Shown here: positions 41,099-54,272 of the stretch, piece after piece
Layout of the letters: each line of letters begins with the position of its first letter
Numbering within the stretch: position 1 is the stretch's first letter
Source: Nocardioides sp.
GTDB taxonomy: Bacteria; Actinomycetota; Actinomycetes; Propionibacteriales; Nocardioidaceae
DNA length: 64,000 nucleotides
NCBI GenBank assembly: GCA_037046605.1
Contig: JBAOHF010000036.1
Location: 59,043 to 123,042, forward strand
Direction: 5' to 3'
Position numbers and translations under genes: made by a program
Notes under the pieces: generated by a model
What the model was told of the DNA's origin: nothing
Seen by the model: only the letters and a program-made list of their open reading frames with translations
Databases searched by the model: none

Positions 41099-43396
41099 AT
41101 GCGTCCCGGTTCGATACTTGGCACAGAAGTCCGCAGGGTCGAAGACCCCGAGCTGCTCACCGGAGCCGGCACCTTCGTTGCCAACCTCGCCACCGACGAG
41201 GATGCCCACGCGATCTTCGTCCGCAGTCCGTTCCCCCATGCCGTCGTAACCCGGGTGGACGCCTCCGAAGCCCGCTCGGCTCCTGGGGTGCTCGCGGTAT
41301 TCACCGGCACCGACGAGGTCGGGCAGCCGGAGCTGCCAGGCTATTGGGAGGCCCATCGGTCGATGCGGCGCCCGGCCTTGGCTCAGGACCGCGTGCGCTA
41401 CGTCGGCGAACCAGTCGCCCTGGTAGTTGCGCGGACGCGTGCCCAAGCCGTGGATGCAGCCGAACTCGTCGACATCGACTACGAACCCCTGCCTGCGGTC
41501 GTCGATCCGGAGGAGGCTCTCCGCGCCTCAGGCGAGTTCTACCCCGGACACGAGGGCTTGGTGGCGCGCACGATCCGGACTGGCGAAGAAGATCCCCTGT
41601 CCGAGGCCACGCACGTGGTCCGGCTGCGCACCGTTAATCAGCGGATCGCCACCGCACCGATGGAGGGCCATGCCCTCCTCGCGGACCCCACGGCAAAGCC
41701 GTTGACCGTGTGGGTAAGCACGCAGCACCCGCACGACTCCCGAGACACGCTCGCCACCGACACCGGTCTCCCACCTGAGGAGGTGCGCGTGATCGCTCCT
41801 CATGTCGGGGGCGGATTCGGAGGCAAAGCCGGAATCGTTCCCGAAGCGGTCGTGGTCGTACGAGCCGCTCGTGCCGTGGGCCGACGAGTCCTCTGGCACG
41901 AAACCCGCAGCGAAGCCATGCTTTCCATGCACGGGCGCGCCCAGACGCAGTGGGCCGAACTCGGGCTCGACGCCGAGGGCCGGATCACCGGCCTTCGCCT
42001 GACTCTCCTCGGCGACTGCGGCGCCTACGGCGGCTTCGGCGGCGGATTCCCGCTCGGGCCGACGCGGATGATGGCGCAAGGCCCGTACCTCATTCCGAAG
42101 ATCTCGGTCACCGCCTCGGCGGTCTCGACCAACACCGCTCCGATGGGAGCCTTCCGTGGAGCAGGCCGTCCGGAGGCGGCGGCGCTCTTGGAGCGTCTGA
42201 TGGATCTGGCCGCCGCGGAAGTGGGGTTGATGCCCGAAGAGATCCGGCGACGCAACCTGATCCCCCATGATCGGTTCCCCTTCCGGACCTCGGTCGGCAC
42301 CGTCTACGACAGCGGCGATTACCACCGCTCGCTCGAGGCCACCCTCGACCACGCCGGGATCGAGGCACTGCGGGCTGACCAGCATCGGCGTCGAGAGGAA
42401 GGCTCTCCCCGGCTCTTGGGGATCGGGGTCTCCTCCTACGTGGAGGTGACCTTCGGCGGCGGCGAGTACGCCGCGGCGGAGGTACACCCCGACGGCACCG
42501 CGACGGTCCGGGCGGGCACCTCGTCCCACGGCCAAGGCCACGCGACGTCGTTCGCGATGCTGGCGGCCGATCAACTGGGCATCCCTCTCGCGTCGATCCG
42601 CTATGAGCAGTCGGACACCGCAGCGGTGCCCCGTGGTGGCGGCACCGGCGGTTCGCGCTCCCTCCAAGCCGGCGGCAGCGCTGTTCGTGAGGCGGTCGGA
42701 CTGCTTGTCGAGCGCGCTCGCGCGGTCGCCGCGGATCTACTCGAAGCCGATCCGGGTGACGTCGTCCTCGAGGACGGATCCTGGCAGATTGCCGGCGTAC
42801 CCGGGCCTGGTCGTTCGTGGGCAGAGGTCGCCGTCGCCGCCCAGGACCGGAGCGAACCGCTCGTCGTCGAGCACGACTTCTCCGGTGGTGGCCAGACCTT
42901 CCCGTTCGGTAGCCATGTTGCAGTCGTGGAGGTCGATGCGGAGACCGGCTCGGTGACGCCGCTGCGGCTGATCGCGGTCGACGACTGCGGCGTGCTCGTC
43001 AATCCCCTGCTCGTGACCGGTCAGCAGCACGGCGGCGCTGCCCAGGGCATGTCCCAGGCGTTGTGGGAGGAGTTCGTCTACGACGAGGACGGCACACCCA
43101 TGACCACGACCTTCGCCGACTATTCGATGCCGGGCAGCGCCGACACCATCAGTTTCGAGACCCACAACACGATCACCGCCACCGAGGTGAATCCGTTGGG
43201 GGTCAAGGGCATCGGCGAGTCCGCCACCATCGGCTCCACGCCCGCATTCTGGAACGCCGTCATCGACGCGGTCAGCCACCTCGGAGTGCGACACCTGGAC
43301 ATGCCGTGCACCGCAGAGAAGGTCTGGCAAGCGATCGCCTCCCCAGGACCCGTCCCATGGACAGAGCCGCCAACCATGGAGGTCGCCGAAGCCTGA
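41099..43396 (+). CDS. Xanthine dehydrogenase family molybdopterin-binding subunit (CoxL form-II-like)
   Basis: RVEDP.LL.G, VGGGFGGK, AFRGAGRPE, GTSSHGQGH, GGSRS, DDCG, KGIGES; CAGGAT -10 6 nt before the ATG. Confidence 0.92.
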   Translation: MRPGSILGTEVRRVEDPELLTGAGTFVANLATDEDAHAIFVRSPFPHAVVTRVDASEARSAPGVLAVFTGTDEVGQPELPGYWEAHRSMRRPALAQDRVRYVGEPVALVVARTRAQAVDAAELVDIDYEPLPAVVDPEEALRASGEFYPGHEGLVARTIRTGEEDPLSEATHVVRLRTVNQRIATAPMEGHALLADPTAKPLTVWVSTQHPHDSRDTLATDTGLPPEEVRVIAPHVGGGFGGKAGIVPEAVVVVRAARAVGRRVLWHETRSEAMLSMHGRAQTQWAELGLDAEGRITGLRLTLLGDCGAYGGFGGGFPLGPTRMMAQGPYLIPKISVTASAVSTNTAPMGAFRGAGRPEAAALLERLMDLAAAEVGLMPEEIRRRNLIPHDRFPFRTSVGTVYDSGDYHRSLEATLDHAGIEALRADQHRRREEGSPRLLGIGVSSYVEVTFGGGEYAAAEVHPDGTATVRAGTSSHGQGHATSFAMLAADQLGIPLASIRYEQSDTAAVPRGGGTGGSRSLQAGGSAVREAVGLLVERARAVAADLLEADPGDVVLEDGSWQIAGVPGPGRSWAEVAVAAQDRSEPLVVEHDFSGGGQTFPFGSHVAVVEVDAETGSVTPLRLIAVDDCGVLVNPLLVTGQQHGGAAQGMSQALWEEFVYDEDGTPMTTTFADYSMPGSADTISFETHNTITATEVNPLGVKGIGESATIGSTPAFWNAVIDAVSHLGVRHLDMPCTAEKVWQAIASPGPVPWTEPPTMEVAEA

Positions 43397-43433
43397 GTCC
43401 GGCCGCCTCGGGACGGCAGCAGCGTCGGAGCCC

Positions 43434-44378
43434 TCAGCCGAGCAGCGGATCCAGCGCGACCGCGACGAACAAGAGCGTCAGATAGAGATTCGACCAGTGG
43501 AAGAGCCGCATCGGCGCAATCACAGCGAGGTCGTCGCTGTGCCGGGCGCGCTGCCATAGACGGTGCGATTCCACGAGGAAGAGGGTGCCCAACACCACCG
43601 CGGCGGCCGGGTAGAGCCACCCCGTGTGCGCGATCGGGACCAGCGTCAAGGACGTCGCGACCATGACCCAGGAGTAGGCCACGATCTGCTTCCCCACCGC
43701 GCTGGCAGGTGCGACGACGGGCAGCATCGGCACGTCGACCCCGGCGTAGTCCTCGCGGTAGCGCAGCGCCAGCGCCCAGGTATGCGGTGGCGTCCAGAAG
43801 AACACCACCAGGAACAAGATGAGGGGTGGCCATGCGAGCGAGTCGGTGACCGCGGTCCAGCCGATCAGTGCGGGGAAGCAACCGGCCAGGCCACCCCAGA
43901 CGATGTTCTGAGTCGTGCGTCGCTTGAGCACCATCGTGTAGACGAACAGGTAGAACAACTCCGCGGTGAGCGCCAGCACCGCCGACAACACGTTGACCTG
44001 CCATACGAGGAGCGCGGTCGCGAGTACACCCAAGACGATGCCGAAGACCAAGGCGGCGCGAGGCGAGACCACGTGCCGCGGTAGCGCTCGGCGACGGGTG
44101 CGACGCATCTGCTCGTCGATGTCGCGGTCGTAGACGCAGTTGAGGGCGTTGGCCGACCCCGCCGACAACGCGCCACCGACCACCGTGGCAATCACCAAGA
44201 GCAGATCAGGGACGCCGCGCTCGGCGAAGAACATCACCGGGACGGTGGTCAGCAGAAGCAGTTCGATGACTCGCGGCTTGGTCAAGCCGACGTAGGCCAT
44301 CACCACGTCTCGCCAAGACGGTTCCGGCTCCGGCGTCGCGTGCGAAACCTGCGACAACGGGTCACGGACCGACGACAC
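43434..44378 (-). CDS. ctaB: Protoheme IX farnesyltransferase (heme O synthase)
   Basis: [41 protein letters not shown]. Confidence 0.95.
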   Translation of the reverse strand: MSSVRDPLSQVSHATPEPEPSWRDVVMAYVGLTKPRVIELLLLTTVPVMFFAERGVPDLLLVIATVVGGALSAGSANALNCVYDRDIDEQMRRTRRRALPRHVVSPRAALVFGIVLGVLATALLVWQVNVLSAVLALTAELFYLFVYTMVLKRRTTQNIVWGGLAGCFPALIGWTAVTDSLAWPPLILFLVVFFWTPPHTWALALRYREDYAGVDVPMLPVVAPASAVGKQIVAYSWVMVATSLTLVPIAHTGWLYPAAAVVLGTLFLVESHRLWQRARHSDDLAVIAPMRLFHWSNLYLTLLFVAVALDPLLG

Positions 44379-44579
44379 GGGCTTCCTTCAGAACTGATCG
44401 AGAAACAAGGTGCGTCACGGCTGGTGCAACGGCCCGCGCACGAGGCGTCAACCCCAAGGGACAGTCACCGTGACAAGTCGAGTCTAGCCCCGCAGCCGAG
44501 TAGGCTCGCCGCGAGGCCAGCCGGGCTTGTGACGCCGGTCCGCCCTGGCCGGTTCATTACTCGCTCCGGAAGGACCCAC

Positions 44580-46691
44580 GTGACCGCCACTCCGTTCATG
44601 CCCGCAACTCTCGACTGGACGGAGTTGGACGCTCGTGCCGTCGATACTGCGCGCGTCCTGGCGATGGATTCGGTCCAGAAGGTCGGCAACGGCCACCCCG
44701 GCACCGCGATGAGCCTGGCGCCGGCCGCCTATCTGCTCTTCCAAAAGGTCATGCGCCACGACCCGGCAGACCCCGACTGGATCGCCCGCGACCGTTTCGT
44801 GCTGTCGTGCGGACACTCGAGCATCACGCTGTACAGCCAGCTGTTCTTGGGCGGCTTCGGTCTGGAACTGGCTGATCTGCAGGCCTTGCGCACCTGGGGC
44901 TCGCTCACTCCCGGTCACCCCGAGCACGGTCACACCCGAGGCGTGGAGACCACCACCGGTCCCCTGGGCCAGGGCATCGCAACCGCCGTCGGCATGGCAA
45001 TGGCTGCGCGGCGCATCCACGGTCTGCTGGATCCGGGCACCCCGCTCGGCGAGAGCCTCTTCGACTACAACGTCTACGTCATCGCCTCCGACGGCGATAT
45101 CCAGGAAGGCGTCGCGAGCGAAGCGTCATCACTCGCGGGCACCCAGGAGCTCGGCAACCTGGTGGTGATCTATGACCGCAACCGGATCTCCATCGAGGGC
45201 GACACCCACGTGGCGCTGACCGAGGACGTCGCCGCGCGCTATGCGGCGTACGGCTGGCACGTGCAGAACGTCGACTGGACCAACGGTGGGAACGGCTACA
45301 CCGAAGACGTGCCCGCCTTGTACGACGCGATCAAGGAAGCTCAGGCGGAGACCGGGCGGCCCAGCATCATCGTCCTCGACACGATCATCGCCTGGCCCGC
45401 CCCCCACCTGCAGGGCACCGAGAAGTCTCACGGCAACGCGCTCGGACCCGACGAGGTCGCGGCCACCAAGGTCGTCCTCGGGTTCGACCCGGACAAGCAC
45501 TTCGAGGTCTCCGAGGAGGTACTGGCCCACACCCGGGGACTGCTCGAGCGAGGCGCGGCCGCCGGCGAGGAATGGGATCGTCGCTACCAAACGTGGGCCG
45601 ACGCCGACCCGGCCGCTGAGCAGCTCCTTCATCGGCTGCGCGGGCGCACCCTGCCTGAGGGCACGGACGAGGCGCTGCCCGTCTTCGAAGCCGACCCGAA
45701 GGGGGTTGCGACGCGCAGCGCGAGCGGCCAGGTGATCAACGCGCTAGCGCCGCTGCTGCCGGAGCTCTGGGGCGGCTCTGCCGACCTGGCCGGCTCCAAC
45801 AACACCACGATCAATGGGGTGCCCTCGTTCATCCCCGCCGACCGGTCCACCCACGAATGGAGCGGCGATCCGCTGGCCGGGCGAGTGCTGCACTTCGGCA
45901 TCCGTGAGCATGCGATGGCCGCGATCATGAACGGCATCTCGGTTTCTGGTCTGACCCGAGTCTTCGGCGGCACCTTCCTGCAGTTCGCCGACTACATGCG
46001 ACCCTCGGTGCGTTTGGCTGCCCTGATGAAGCAACCGGTCACTTACGTCTGGACCCACGACTCCATCGGGCTCGGTGAAGACGGCCCCACCCATCAGCCG
46101 ATCGAGCACCTGGCCGCCCTGCGCGCCATCATCGGGCTAGACGTGATCCGGCCCGCCGATGCAAACGAGACCGCCGCCGCTTGGCGCACCGTGCTGGGCC
46201 ACACCGATCGCCCGGCCGGCCTCTGCCTCACCCGGCAGAACGTGCCGACGTTCCCCCGGGGCGTCGACGGGTTCGCCACCACCGAGAACGTCCACCGTGG
46301 CGGTTACGTCCTGCGCGATTGCGCCAGCGACCCCGACGTGGTGCTCATCGGCACCGGCTCGGAAGTCCAGCTCGCCGTCGAGGCCGCCGAACACTTGGCT
46401 GCTGAGGGCATCGCGGCGCGCGTCGTCTCGATGCCGTGCGTGGAGTGGTTCGCCGCGCAGAGTCAGGACTACCGCGATTCGGTGATCCCGCCGTCGGTCA
46501 AGGCGCGGGTGTCGGTCGAGGCCGGCATCGGACTGGGCTGGCGTGAGTGGGTCGGCGACGCCGGACGTATCGTCAGCATTGAGCAGTACGGCGCGTCGGC
46601 GGCGTACACGACCATCTACGAGCACTACGGCATCACTGCCGATGCGGTTGCTTCGGCGGCACGCGAGAGCCTGGCTCAGGCGCGAGCCTGA
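44580..46691 (+). CDS. tkt: Transketolase
   Basis: [44 protein letters not shown]. Confidence 0.97.
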   Translation: MTATPFMPATLDWTELDARAVDTARVLAMDSVQKVGNGHPGTAMSLAPAAYLLFQKVMRHDPADPDWIARDRFVLSCGHSSITLYSQLFLGGFGLELADLQALRTWGSLTPGHPEHGHTRGVETTTGPLGQGIATAVGMAMAARRIHGLLDPGTPLGESLFDYNVYVIASDGDIQEGVASEASSLAGTQELGNLVVIYDRNRISIEGDTHVALTEDVAARYAAYGWHVQNVDWTNGGNGYTEDVPALYDAIKEAQAETGRPSIIVLDTIIAWPAPHLQGTEKSHGNALGPDEVAATKVVLGFDPDKHFEVSEEVLAHTRGLLERGAAAGEEWDRRYQTWADADPAAEQLLHRLRGRTLPEGTDEALPVFEADPKGVATRSASGQVINALAPLLPELWGGSADLAGSNNTTINGVPSFIPADRSTHEWSGDPLAGRVLHFGIREHAMAAIMNGISVSGLTRVFGGTFLQFADYMRPSVRLAALMKQPVTYVWTHDSIGLGEDGPTHQPIEHLAALRAIIGLDVIRPADANETAAAWRTVLGHTDRPAGLCLTRQNVPTFPRGVDGFATTENVHRGGYVLRDCASDPDVVLIGTGSEVQLAVEAAEHLAAEGIAARVVSMPCVEWFAAQSQDYRDSVIPPSVKARVSVEAGIGLGWREWVGDAGRIVSIEQYGASAAYTTIYEHYGITADAVASAARESLAQARA

Positions 46692-46713
46692 CCACCTAGC
46701 GAAGGGAACAGCA

Positions 46714-47820
46714 ATGCGAGATCGGCTCAAGGAACTCTCCGACGCAGGCGTCTCGATCTGGCTGGACGATTTGTCCCGCGAACGTATCGAGTCCGGCAAC
46801 CTCGCGGCCCTCGTGGCCGACTCCCATGTCGTCGGAGTCACCACCAACCCGTCGATCTTCGCTGCGGCGCTCAGCGATGGTGAGTCCTACGACGCACAGG
46901 TGCGCGAGCTCGCCGCAGCCGGTGCCGACGTCGAGGCGACCGTCTTCGCGCTGACGACCACCGACGTGGCCCGGGCTTGTGACGTGCTGCTTCCTGTCTT
47001 CGAAGCCAGCGGCGGCGTGGACGGCCGGGTCTCGATCGAGGTCGCCCCCGATCTGGCTTTCGACACCGCAGCCACGGTGGCCTCCGCGCGGGCGCTGTGG
47101 GCCGCCGTGGATCGGCCCAACCTGCTGATCAAGATCCCCGCCACCTCCGAAGGCGCTCCCGCGATCACCGAGGTGCTCGGCGACGGCATCAGCGTCAACG
47201 TCACCTTGATCTTTGGGCTGGGGCGCTACCGGGAAGTGATGGAGGCCTTTGTCGCCGGCCTCGAGCTGGCCCAACGCAACGGACACGACCTAGCGATGAT
47301 CCACTCGGTGGCGTCGTTCTTCGTCAGCCGGGTCGACACCGAGATCGACAAGCGGCTGGAGGCCTCGGGGGCATCCGATGCGCTGGCGTTGCGCGGTTTG
47401 GCGGGTGTGGCCAACGCTCGGCTGGCGTTCGCGGCGTTCGAGGAGTTCTTCCGGGGCGAGCGGTGGGCGGCCCTGGAAGCGGCTGGCGCGCACAAGCAGC
47501 GCCCGCTGTGGGCATCGACAGGGGTGAAGAACCCGGACTACAAGGACACCCTCTACGTCGCCGATCTCGTGGTCGCCGGCACCGTGAACACGATGCCCGA
47601 AAAGACCATGCATGCCTACGCCGACCACGGGGAGACCGCGGGCGATCAGGTGACCGGCCACTACGCGGATGCCCGGCAGGTGATGGTGGACCTGACCGCC
47701 GCCGGCGTCGACTACGACGACGTCATCAACGTCCTGGAGACCGAAGGCGTCGACAAGTTCGTCACCGCCTGGCACGAACTGCTGCAGACCGTCGGGACCA
47801 GCCTGGAGGCGGCTCGTTGA
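46714..47820 (+). CDS. tal: Transaldolase (actinobacterial type)
   Basis: [39 protein letters not shown]. Confidence 0.96.
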   Translation: MRDRLKELSDAGVSIWLDDLSRERIESGNLAALVADSHVVGVTTNPSIFAAALSDGESYDAQVRELAAAGADVEATVFALTTTDVARACDVLLPVFEASGGVDGRVSIEVAPDLAFDTAATVASARALWAAVDRPNLLIKIPATSEGAPAITEVLGDGISVNVTLIFGLGRYREVMEAFVAGLELAQRNGHDLAMIHSVASFFVSRVDTEIDKRLEASGASDALALRGLAGVANARLAFAAFEEFFRGERWAALEAAGAHKQRPLWASTGVKNPDYKDTLYVADLVVAGTVNTMPEKTMHAYADHGETAGDQVTGHYADARQVMVDLTAAGVDYDDVINVLETEGVDKFVTAWHELLQTVGTSLEAAR

Positions 47821-49490
47821 TGGGCGGACCCGGGGGGCCTTCGCCGACCGACGCGACCAAGACTGACGCGTGGGAGCGACTGCAGCGATGTGCCGATACC
47901 TTCGCACCCGATCTACGTGGCTGGTTCGCGGCCGATCCGGGCCGGGCAACCCGTTTCACCTTCGATGCCGCCGACCTGCATGTCGATCTCTCCAAAGGGC
48001 TGATCACTGACGAGATCCTCGGCGACCTCGTCGCATTGGCCGACGAGGTCGACCTGGCCGGGCGTCGCGCCGCGATGTTCGCTGGTGAGCGCATCAACGT
48101 CAGCGAGAACCGGGCCGTGCTGCACCCGGCCCTGCGCGCACCGGCGGGCACCCGTGTCGAGTTGGACGGGCACGACGTTGTGCCCGACGTGCACGAGGTG
48201 CTGAGCCGGATCTACGCCTTCGCCGAGGAGGTCCGCTCGGGTGCATGGCGAGGGGCGACGGGCGAGCGCATCGCGACGGTAGTCAACATCGGGATCGGCG
48301 GCTCCGATCTGGGCCCGGTGATGGCCTACGAAGCGCTCCTTCCCTACCGTCAGGCCGGGCTCGAATGCCGTTTCATCAGCAACATCGACCCGACCGACTG
48401 CGCCACCACCTTGGCGGGTCTCGATCCGACCACGACACTCTTCATCGTGGCCAGCAAGACCTTCACGACGTTGGAGACGCTGACCAATGCGCGGCTGTGC
48501 CGCACGTGGCTGCTCGATGGCCTCTCGGGTCTGGACGGGGTGGCCGAGAATCCCGTAGCCGCGCACTTCGTCGCTGTGTCCACGGCACTGGACAAGGTGG
48601 CCGACTTCGGGATCGACCCCGCCAATGCCTTCGGTTTCTGGGACTGGGTGGGGGGCCGTTACTCCGTGGACTCCGCGATCGGCACCGCTTTGGCGGTGGC
48701 TATCGGACCGGACAAGTTCGCCGACTTCCTGGCCGGCTTCCGGGACATGGATGAGCACTTCAGGTCGGCACCCATCGATCGCAACGTGCCAGCTCTCATG
48801 GGCTTGCTCAACGTGTGGTACACGAACTTCCTCGATGCCCACACCCATGCCGTGCTGCCCTACTCCCAACTGCTGCATCGGTTCCCGGCGTACCTTCAGC
48901 AACTGACGATGGAATCCAATGGCAAGGGCGTCCGCTGGGACGGCACCCCCGTCACCGGGGAGACCGGAGAGATCTGGTGGGGCGAGCCCGGCACCAACGG
49001 GCAACATGCGTTCTATCAGCTGATCCACCAAGGCACCCGGGTCGTGCCGGCGGACTTCATCGGGTTCGCCAATCCCGCCTACCCGCTGGCCGACGGCGCC
49101 ACCGATGTCCACGAGTTGTTCCTCTCGAACTTCTTCGCCCAGCCCCGGGCGCTCGCCTTCGGCAAGACCGCCGATGAAGTGCGTTCGGAAGGCACGGCCG
49201 AGGCGATCGTGTCGGCTCGCGTGTTCAGCGGGAACCGGCCGTCCACCTCGATCATGGCCCCGGCGCTCACGCCCTCGGTCCTGGGCCAACTGATCGCTCT
49301 CTACGAGCACATCACCTTCACCCAGGGGGTCATCTGGGGCATCGACAGCTTCGATCAGTGGGGCGTGGAGTTGGGCAAGCAACTCGCCCTGCAGATCGCG
49401 CCTGCTGTGTCGGGCGACCAGGCTGCCCGCGCTGCGCAGGACAGTTCGACTCAAGCGCTGATCGACTACTACCGCTCGCATCGGGCGTGA
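47820..49490 (+). CDS. pgi: Glucose-6-phosphate isomerase
   Basis: [45 protein letters not shown]; TGATG coupling to tal. Confidence 0.96.
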   Translation: MGGPGGPSPTDATKTDAWERLQRCADTFAPDLRGWFAADPGRATRFTFDAADLHVDLSKGLITDEILGDLVALADEVDLAGRRAAMFAGERINVSENRAVLHPALRAPAGTRVELDGHDVVPDVHEVLSRIYAFAEEVRSGAWRGATGERIATVVNIGIGGSDLGPVMAYEALLPYRQAGLECRFISNIDPTDCATTLAGLDPTTTLFIVASKTFTTLETLTNARLCRTWLLDGLSGLDGVAENPVAAHFVAVSTALDKVADFGIDPANAFGFWDWVGGRYSVDSAIGTALAVAIGPDKFADFLAGFRDMDEHFRSAPIDRNVPALMGLLNVWYTNFLDAHTHAVLPYSQLLHRFPAYLQQLTMESNGKGVRWDGTPVTGETGEIWWGEPGTNGQHAFYQLIHQGTRVVPADFIGFANPAYPLADGATDVHELFLSNFFAQPRALAFGKTADEVRSEGTAEAIVSARVFSGNRPSTSIMAPALTPSVLGQLIALYEHITFTQGVIWGIDSFDQWGVELGKQLALQIAPAVSGDQAARAAQDSSTQALIDYYRSHRA

Positions 49491-49565
49491 GTGGAGCGCG
49501 GCAGATCCCGCTCCACGATCGCCTCGTGCCCTGACGGGTCGGAGACGACCCAGATCGGAGATGAG

Positions 49566-50336
49566 ATGGACGAGGATCCCGCTCCGCTGATCCGGATCCT
49601 TCCCGATCCGGCACATCTCGCCGACGCCGTCGCTGAGGCCTTCGTCGAATTGCTGCGCGACCCCGCACCCGCCGGCGCACCGCTCCCGGCGTACGAAGTC
49701 GGGCTCACCGGGGGCACCGTCGCGCGCGCCATCCATCGAGCGATCGCACGGCGAGCCGACCAGGTCGACTGGGGCTACGTGCGGATGTGGTGGGGCGACG
49801 AGCGATTCCTCCCGCGAGAGCACCCTGAGCGCAACGCGACCCAGGCACGCGAAGACTTCCTGGATTCGCTCACGCTGTTGCCCGGCGAGTGGCCACGACC
49901 GCTGCTCGAGGACGCGATCATGGAGATCCCGTCACTCGACGAGGTCGATTCTGTCCACCGGGCGGCGGAGGTCTACGCCGACCTGGTGCGACACGTTGGC
50001 ACCGGCGGCTTCGACTTGCTGATGCTAGGTGTCGGTCCCGACGGTCACGTCGCGTCGCTCTTCCCCGGGCACCCTGCTCTGGAGGTCAACGACGAGATAA
50101 CCGTTGCGGTGACCGACTCGCCCAAGCCTCCCCCGGAACGGGTCAGTCTTACCTTCGCGGCGATGGAACGCACCGCACACGTGTGGTTCGTGGTCTCCGG
50201 AGCAGAGAAGGCCGAAGCGGTACGCCGGTCCTTGGCGCCCACCGGAACGGTCACCGAGAGCCCGGCGCGAGGCGTCCGAGGACATCGGCAGACCGTGTGG
50301 TGGCTCGATGAGGCCGCAGCCACACTCCTGACGTAG
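49566..50336 (+). CDS. pgl: 6-phosphogluconolactonase
   Basis: LTGG, WGDERF, LGVGPDGHVASLFP, DSPKPPPERVSLT. Confidence 0.93.
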   Translation: MDEDPAPLIRILPDPAHLADAVAEAFVELLRDPAPAGAPLPAYEVGLTGGTVARAIHRAIARRADQVDWGYVRMWWGDERFLPREHPERNATQAREDFLDSLTLLPGEWPRPLLEDAIMEIPSLDEVDSVHRAAEVYADLVRHVGTGGFDLLMLGVGPDGHVASLFPGHPALEVNDEITVAVTDSPKPPPERVSLTFAAMERTAHVWFVVSGAEKAEAVRRSLAPTGTVTESPARGVRGHRQTVWWLDEAAATLLT

Positions 50337-50409
50337 AAGCCTCGAAAGTCAGACAGAACCCGGGCGGGCCGAACCCGTGCAGCCCAAGCCAGACGGCCGG
50401 AACTGCGCC

Positions 50410-50769
50410 TCAGAAGATGATGTCGCCGGACTTGCGCCGCGAGCGCAGCAATTGGACGGCCTCTTCGAGAATGTCCTTCGCCTCGTCGTCGGAGCGCCGC
50501 TCCTTCACATAGGCAAGGTGCGTCTTGTACGGCTCGATCTTGGGAGCCGGCGGCGGATTGTCGGAGTCGATCGACGCCGGCAACCCACACTTGGGGCAAT
50601 CCCACGTCTCCGGCACCGATGCTTCCACCGAGAATGTCACTACCGAGCGATGCCCGTGGGAACAGAAGTATGCGACCGACTGACGAGGCGCAGCGTCCCC
50701 GCGTTCGGCCTCGCCCATGGGACCGGCCCCGACTCGGCTACCCCGAATCGCGTTTCCACCACCTGCCAC
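50410..50769 (-). CDS. rbpA: RNA polymerase-binding protein RbpA family
   Basis: AIRGSRVG, C.HGH...WDCPKCG, KTH...ERRS; located next to secG. Confidence 0.85.
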   Translation of the reverse strand: MAGGGNAIRGSRVGAGPMGEAERGDAAPRQSVAYFCSHGHRSVVTFSVEASVPETWDCPKCGLPASIDSDNPPPAPKIEPYKTHLAYVKERRSDDEAKDILEEAVQLLRSRRKSGDIIF

Positions 50770-50827
50770 TTGAAAACCTCCCCAACCCTGATTGGGTCGA
50801 CGGCCGAAGGCCGTCCGCCGCAGTCGC

Positions 50828-51058
50828 CTAGTAGGCGTACAGCAGACCCAGAGCGATAATGCACGCCATCCAGATGATCCCGATGCCGATGGTCAGCCGA
50901 TCAAGGTTCCGTTCGGCGACAGAGGAGCCGCCGAGCGAGGTGGACATGCCACCTCCGAACATGTCGGACATGCCACCACCACGTCCCTTGTGCAGGAGAA
51001 TCAGCACAATCAGCAGGGCACTGGTGGTCAACAGAAGGATCGTGAAGAGCAGCGTCAC
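50828..51058 (-). CDS. secG: Preprotein translocase subunit SecG
   Basis: LLHKGRGGGMSDMFGGG, AERNLDRLT; two TM segments. Confidence 0.95.
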   Translation of the reverse strand: MTLLFTILLLTTSALLIVLILLHKGRGGGMSDMFGGGMSTSLGGSSVAERNLDRLTIGIGIIWMACIIALGLLYAY

Positions 51059-51089
51059 AGTGAGCTAGCTTACGTTACCGCGGCCCGGA

Positions 51090-51878
51090 TCAGAGGATCG
51101 GCATCTCATAGAACCGGCAGATGCCCCCGAACTCGTCGGCTTGCAGGCTCGCTCCTCCGACCAGCGCGCCGTCGACATCGGGCTTGGCCATGATGCCGGC
51201 GACATTGGCTGCCTTGACCGAACCGCCGTACAAGATCCGGCAACCGTCGGCTGCCGCAGCTCCATGGGTCTCGCGCAGCCGCTCCCGGATGGCACCGCAC
51301 ACTTCCTGCGCATCCTCGGGGGTCGCGACCTCACCGGTGCCGATCGCCCAGACAGGCTCGTAGGCGATGACCAACGTGGCCACCTGCTCGGCTGTGAAGC
51401 CGGCCAACGAGCCGTCGACCTGGGCCACGGTGAAGGGGACCTGTTCCCCGGCCTTGCGCACGTCGAGGCCTTCGCCCACGCACACGATCGGGGTCATCCC
51501 CGCAGCGAATGCCCGATGAGCCTTGGTATTGACCACCTGATCGTCCTCGGCATGGAACTGCCGACGCTCGGAGTGACCGACGACGACGTAGGAGCAACCC
51601 AACTTGGCCAGCATCCCCGCCGAGATCTCCCCCGTGTAGGCGCCCGAGTCGTGCATCGAGACGTCCTGGGCGCCGTACTTGATGGAGAGACGGTCGCCGT
51701 CGACACACGTCTGCACGCTGCGCAGGTCGGTGAACGGCGGGATGACCGCCACTTCAGCCTTGGCGTAGTCGTGCTTCTTGTCGGTCAGCGTGGCCGCCAG
51801 CTTCTGGAGCAACACCACGGCCTCGTGGTGGTTGAGGTTCATCTTCCAGTTGCCGGCCATCAGCGGGGTGCGGGCCAT
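51090..51878 (-). CDS. tpiA: Triosephosphate isomerase
   Basis: [36 protein letters not shown]. Confidence 0.98.
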   Translation of the reverse strand: MARTPLMAGNWKMNLNHHEAVVLLQKLAATLTDKKHDYAKAEVAVIPPFTDLRSVQTCVDGDRLSIKYGAQDVSMHDSGAYTGEISAGMLAKLGCSYVVVGHSERRQFHAEDDQVVNTKAHRAFAAGMTPIVCVGEGLDVRKAGEQVPFTVAQVDGSLAGFTAEQVATLVIAYEPVWAIGTGEVATPEDAQEVCGAIRERLRETHGAAAADGCRILYGGSVKAANVAGIMAKPDVDGALVGGASLQADEFGGICRFYEMPIL

Positions 51879-51926
51879 GTCGGTCTCCTTAGGGGACGAG
51901 CAGAGTGATGAGGCAGGGTGTAAGCG

Positions 51927-53126
51927 TCAGCGTTCGAGGACGGCGATGCCGGGCAGTTCCTTACCTTCCAGGAACTCCAGTGAAGCGCCACCGCCGGTGG
52001 AGATGTGGCCGAAAGCGTCCTCGGTGAACCCCAGCGTGCGCACCGCTGCCGCGGAGTCGCCGCCACCAACCACGGAGAGTCCCGAGACCTTGGTCAAGGC
52101 TTCGGCGACCGCACGGGTGCCCTCCGCGAACTCCGGCACCTCGAAGACGCCCATCGGCCCGTTCCAGAAGACCGTGTGGGCATCGGCCAAGGCAGCCGCG
52201 TAGGCAGCGGCCGTCTCCGGGCCGATGTCCAAGCCGAGGGCATCGGCCGGGATGTCGGACACCGACACGACGCGCGGTTGCGGCGCGCGCGCTCCGGTCG
52301 GGAACTCGGTGTCGACCACCACGTCGGTTGGGAGCAGCAACGCCACCCCTTGCTCCTCGGCTCGCTTGAGATACTCGGCGCAGCGCTCCATCTGGTCGGC
52401 TTCGAGCAGGCTCTTGCCGACCTCGTGGCCCTGGGCCTTGAGGAAGGTGAAGAGCATCCCGCCGCCGATCAACAGCCGGTCGGCCTTGTCGAGCAGGTTG
52501 TCGATCACCGCCAGCTTGTCGGAGACCTTCGCTCCGCCGAGCACCACGACGTAGGGCCGTTCCGGATCGACCGTGAGCCGACGGAGTACGTCGGTCTCTC
52601 GGCTGACCAGGCCACCCATGGCTGCCGGCAGGCGCATCGCGACGTCGTAGACCGACGCCTGCTTGCGATGCACCACGCCGAAGCCGTCGGACACGAAAGC
52701 GTCGGCAAGGGCCGCCAACTGATCAGCGAAGGCACTCCGCACCGCGTCGTCCTTGCTGGTCTCGCCCTCGTTGAAGCGAACGTTCTCCAGCAGCGCCACC
52801 TCGCCGTCGGCAAGCGCCGCCACCGTTGCCTGGGCACTCTCCCCCACGGTGTCGGTGGCGAAGGCAACCGGCTGGCCGAGGAGGTCACCGAGACGGCGGG
52901 CCACCGGAGCCAGGGTGTACGCCGGGTCGGGGGCGCTTTTGGGGCGACCCAGATGGGCCACCACGACGACGCGGGCACCCTGGCCAACCAGGGACTGGAT
53001 GGTGGGCAGGCTGGCGCGGATGCGGCCGTCGTCGGTGATCGTCGTCCCGTCCAACGGGACGTTCAGATCCGACCGGACCAGAACCCGCTTACCGCGCAGC
53101 TCACCCAGGGACTCGATCCCGGACAT
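51927..53126 (-). CDS. pgk: Phosphoglycerate kinase
   Basis: [36 protein letters not shown]. Confidence 0.98.
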   Translation of the reverse strand: MSGIESLGELRGKRVLVRSDLNVPLDGTTITDDGRIRASLPTIQSLVGQGARVVVVAHLGRPKSAPDPAYTLAPVARRLGDLLGQPVAFATDTVGESAQATVAALADGEVALLENVRFNEGETSKDDAVRSAFADQLAALADAFVSDGFGVVHRKQASVYDVAMRLPAAMGGLVSRETDVLRRLTVDPERPYVVVLGGAKVSDKLAVIDNLLDKADRLLIGGGMLFTFLKAQGHEVGKSLLEADQMERCAEYLKRAEEQGVALLLPTDVVVDTEFPTGARAPQPRVVSVSDIPADALGLDIGPETAAAYAAALADAHTVFWNGPMGVFEVPEFAEGTRAVAEALTKVSGLSVVGGGDSAAAVRTLGFTEDAFGHISTGGGASLEFLEGKELPGIAVLER

Positions 53127-53139
53127 GCGGCGACTCCCG

Positions 53140-54165
<1,026 letters not shown>

Positions 54166-54272
54166 TCAGGACAGGCCGGATTGCGACCTCTCCAGCACCC
54201 TATCGCCCACTTGGACCGATCCAATAGCCGCCTCGGTTACGCCTGGGTAACCCCGGGACCGACGCTCGGTGA

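Noticed and set aside
41099-43396. Aerobic CO dehydrogenase (form I CoxL)
   Set aside because: It lacks the Cu-binding AYxCSFR loop, and there are no coxM, coxS or accessory genes.
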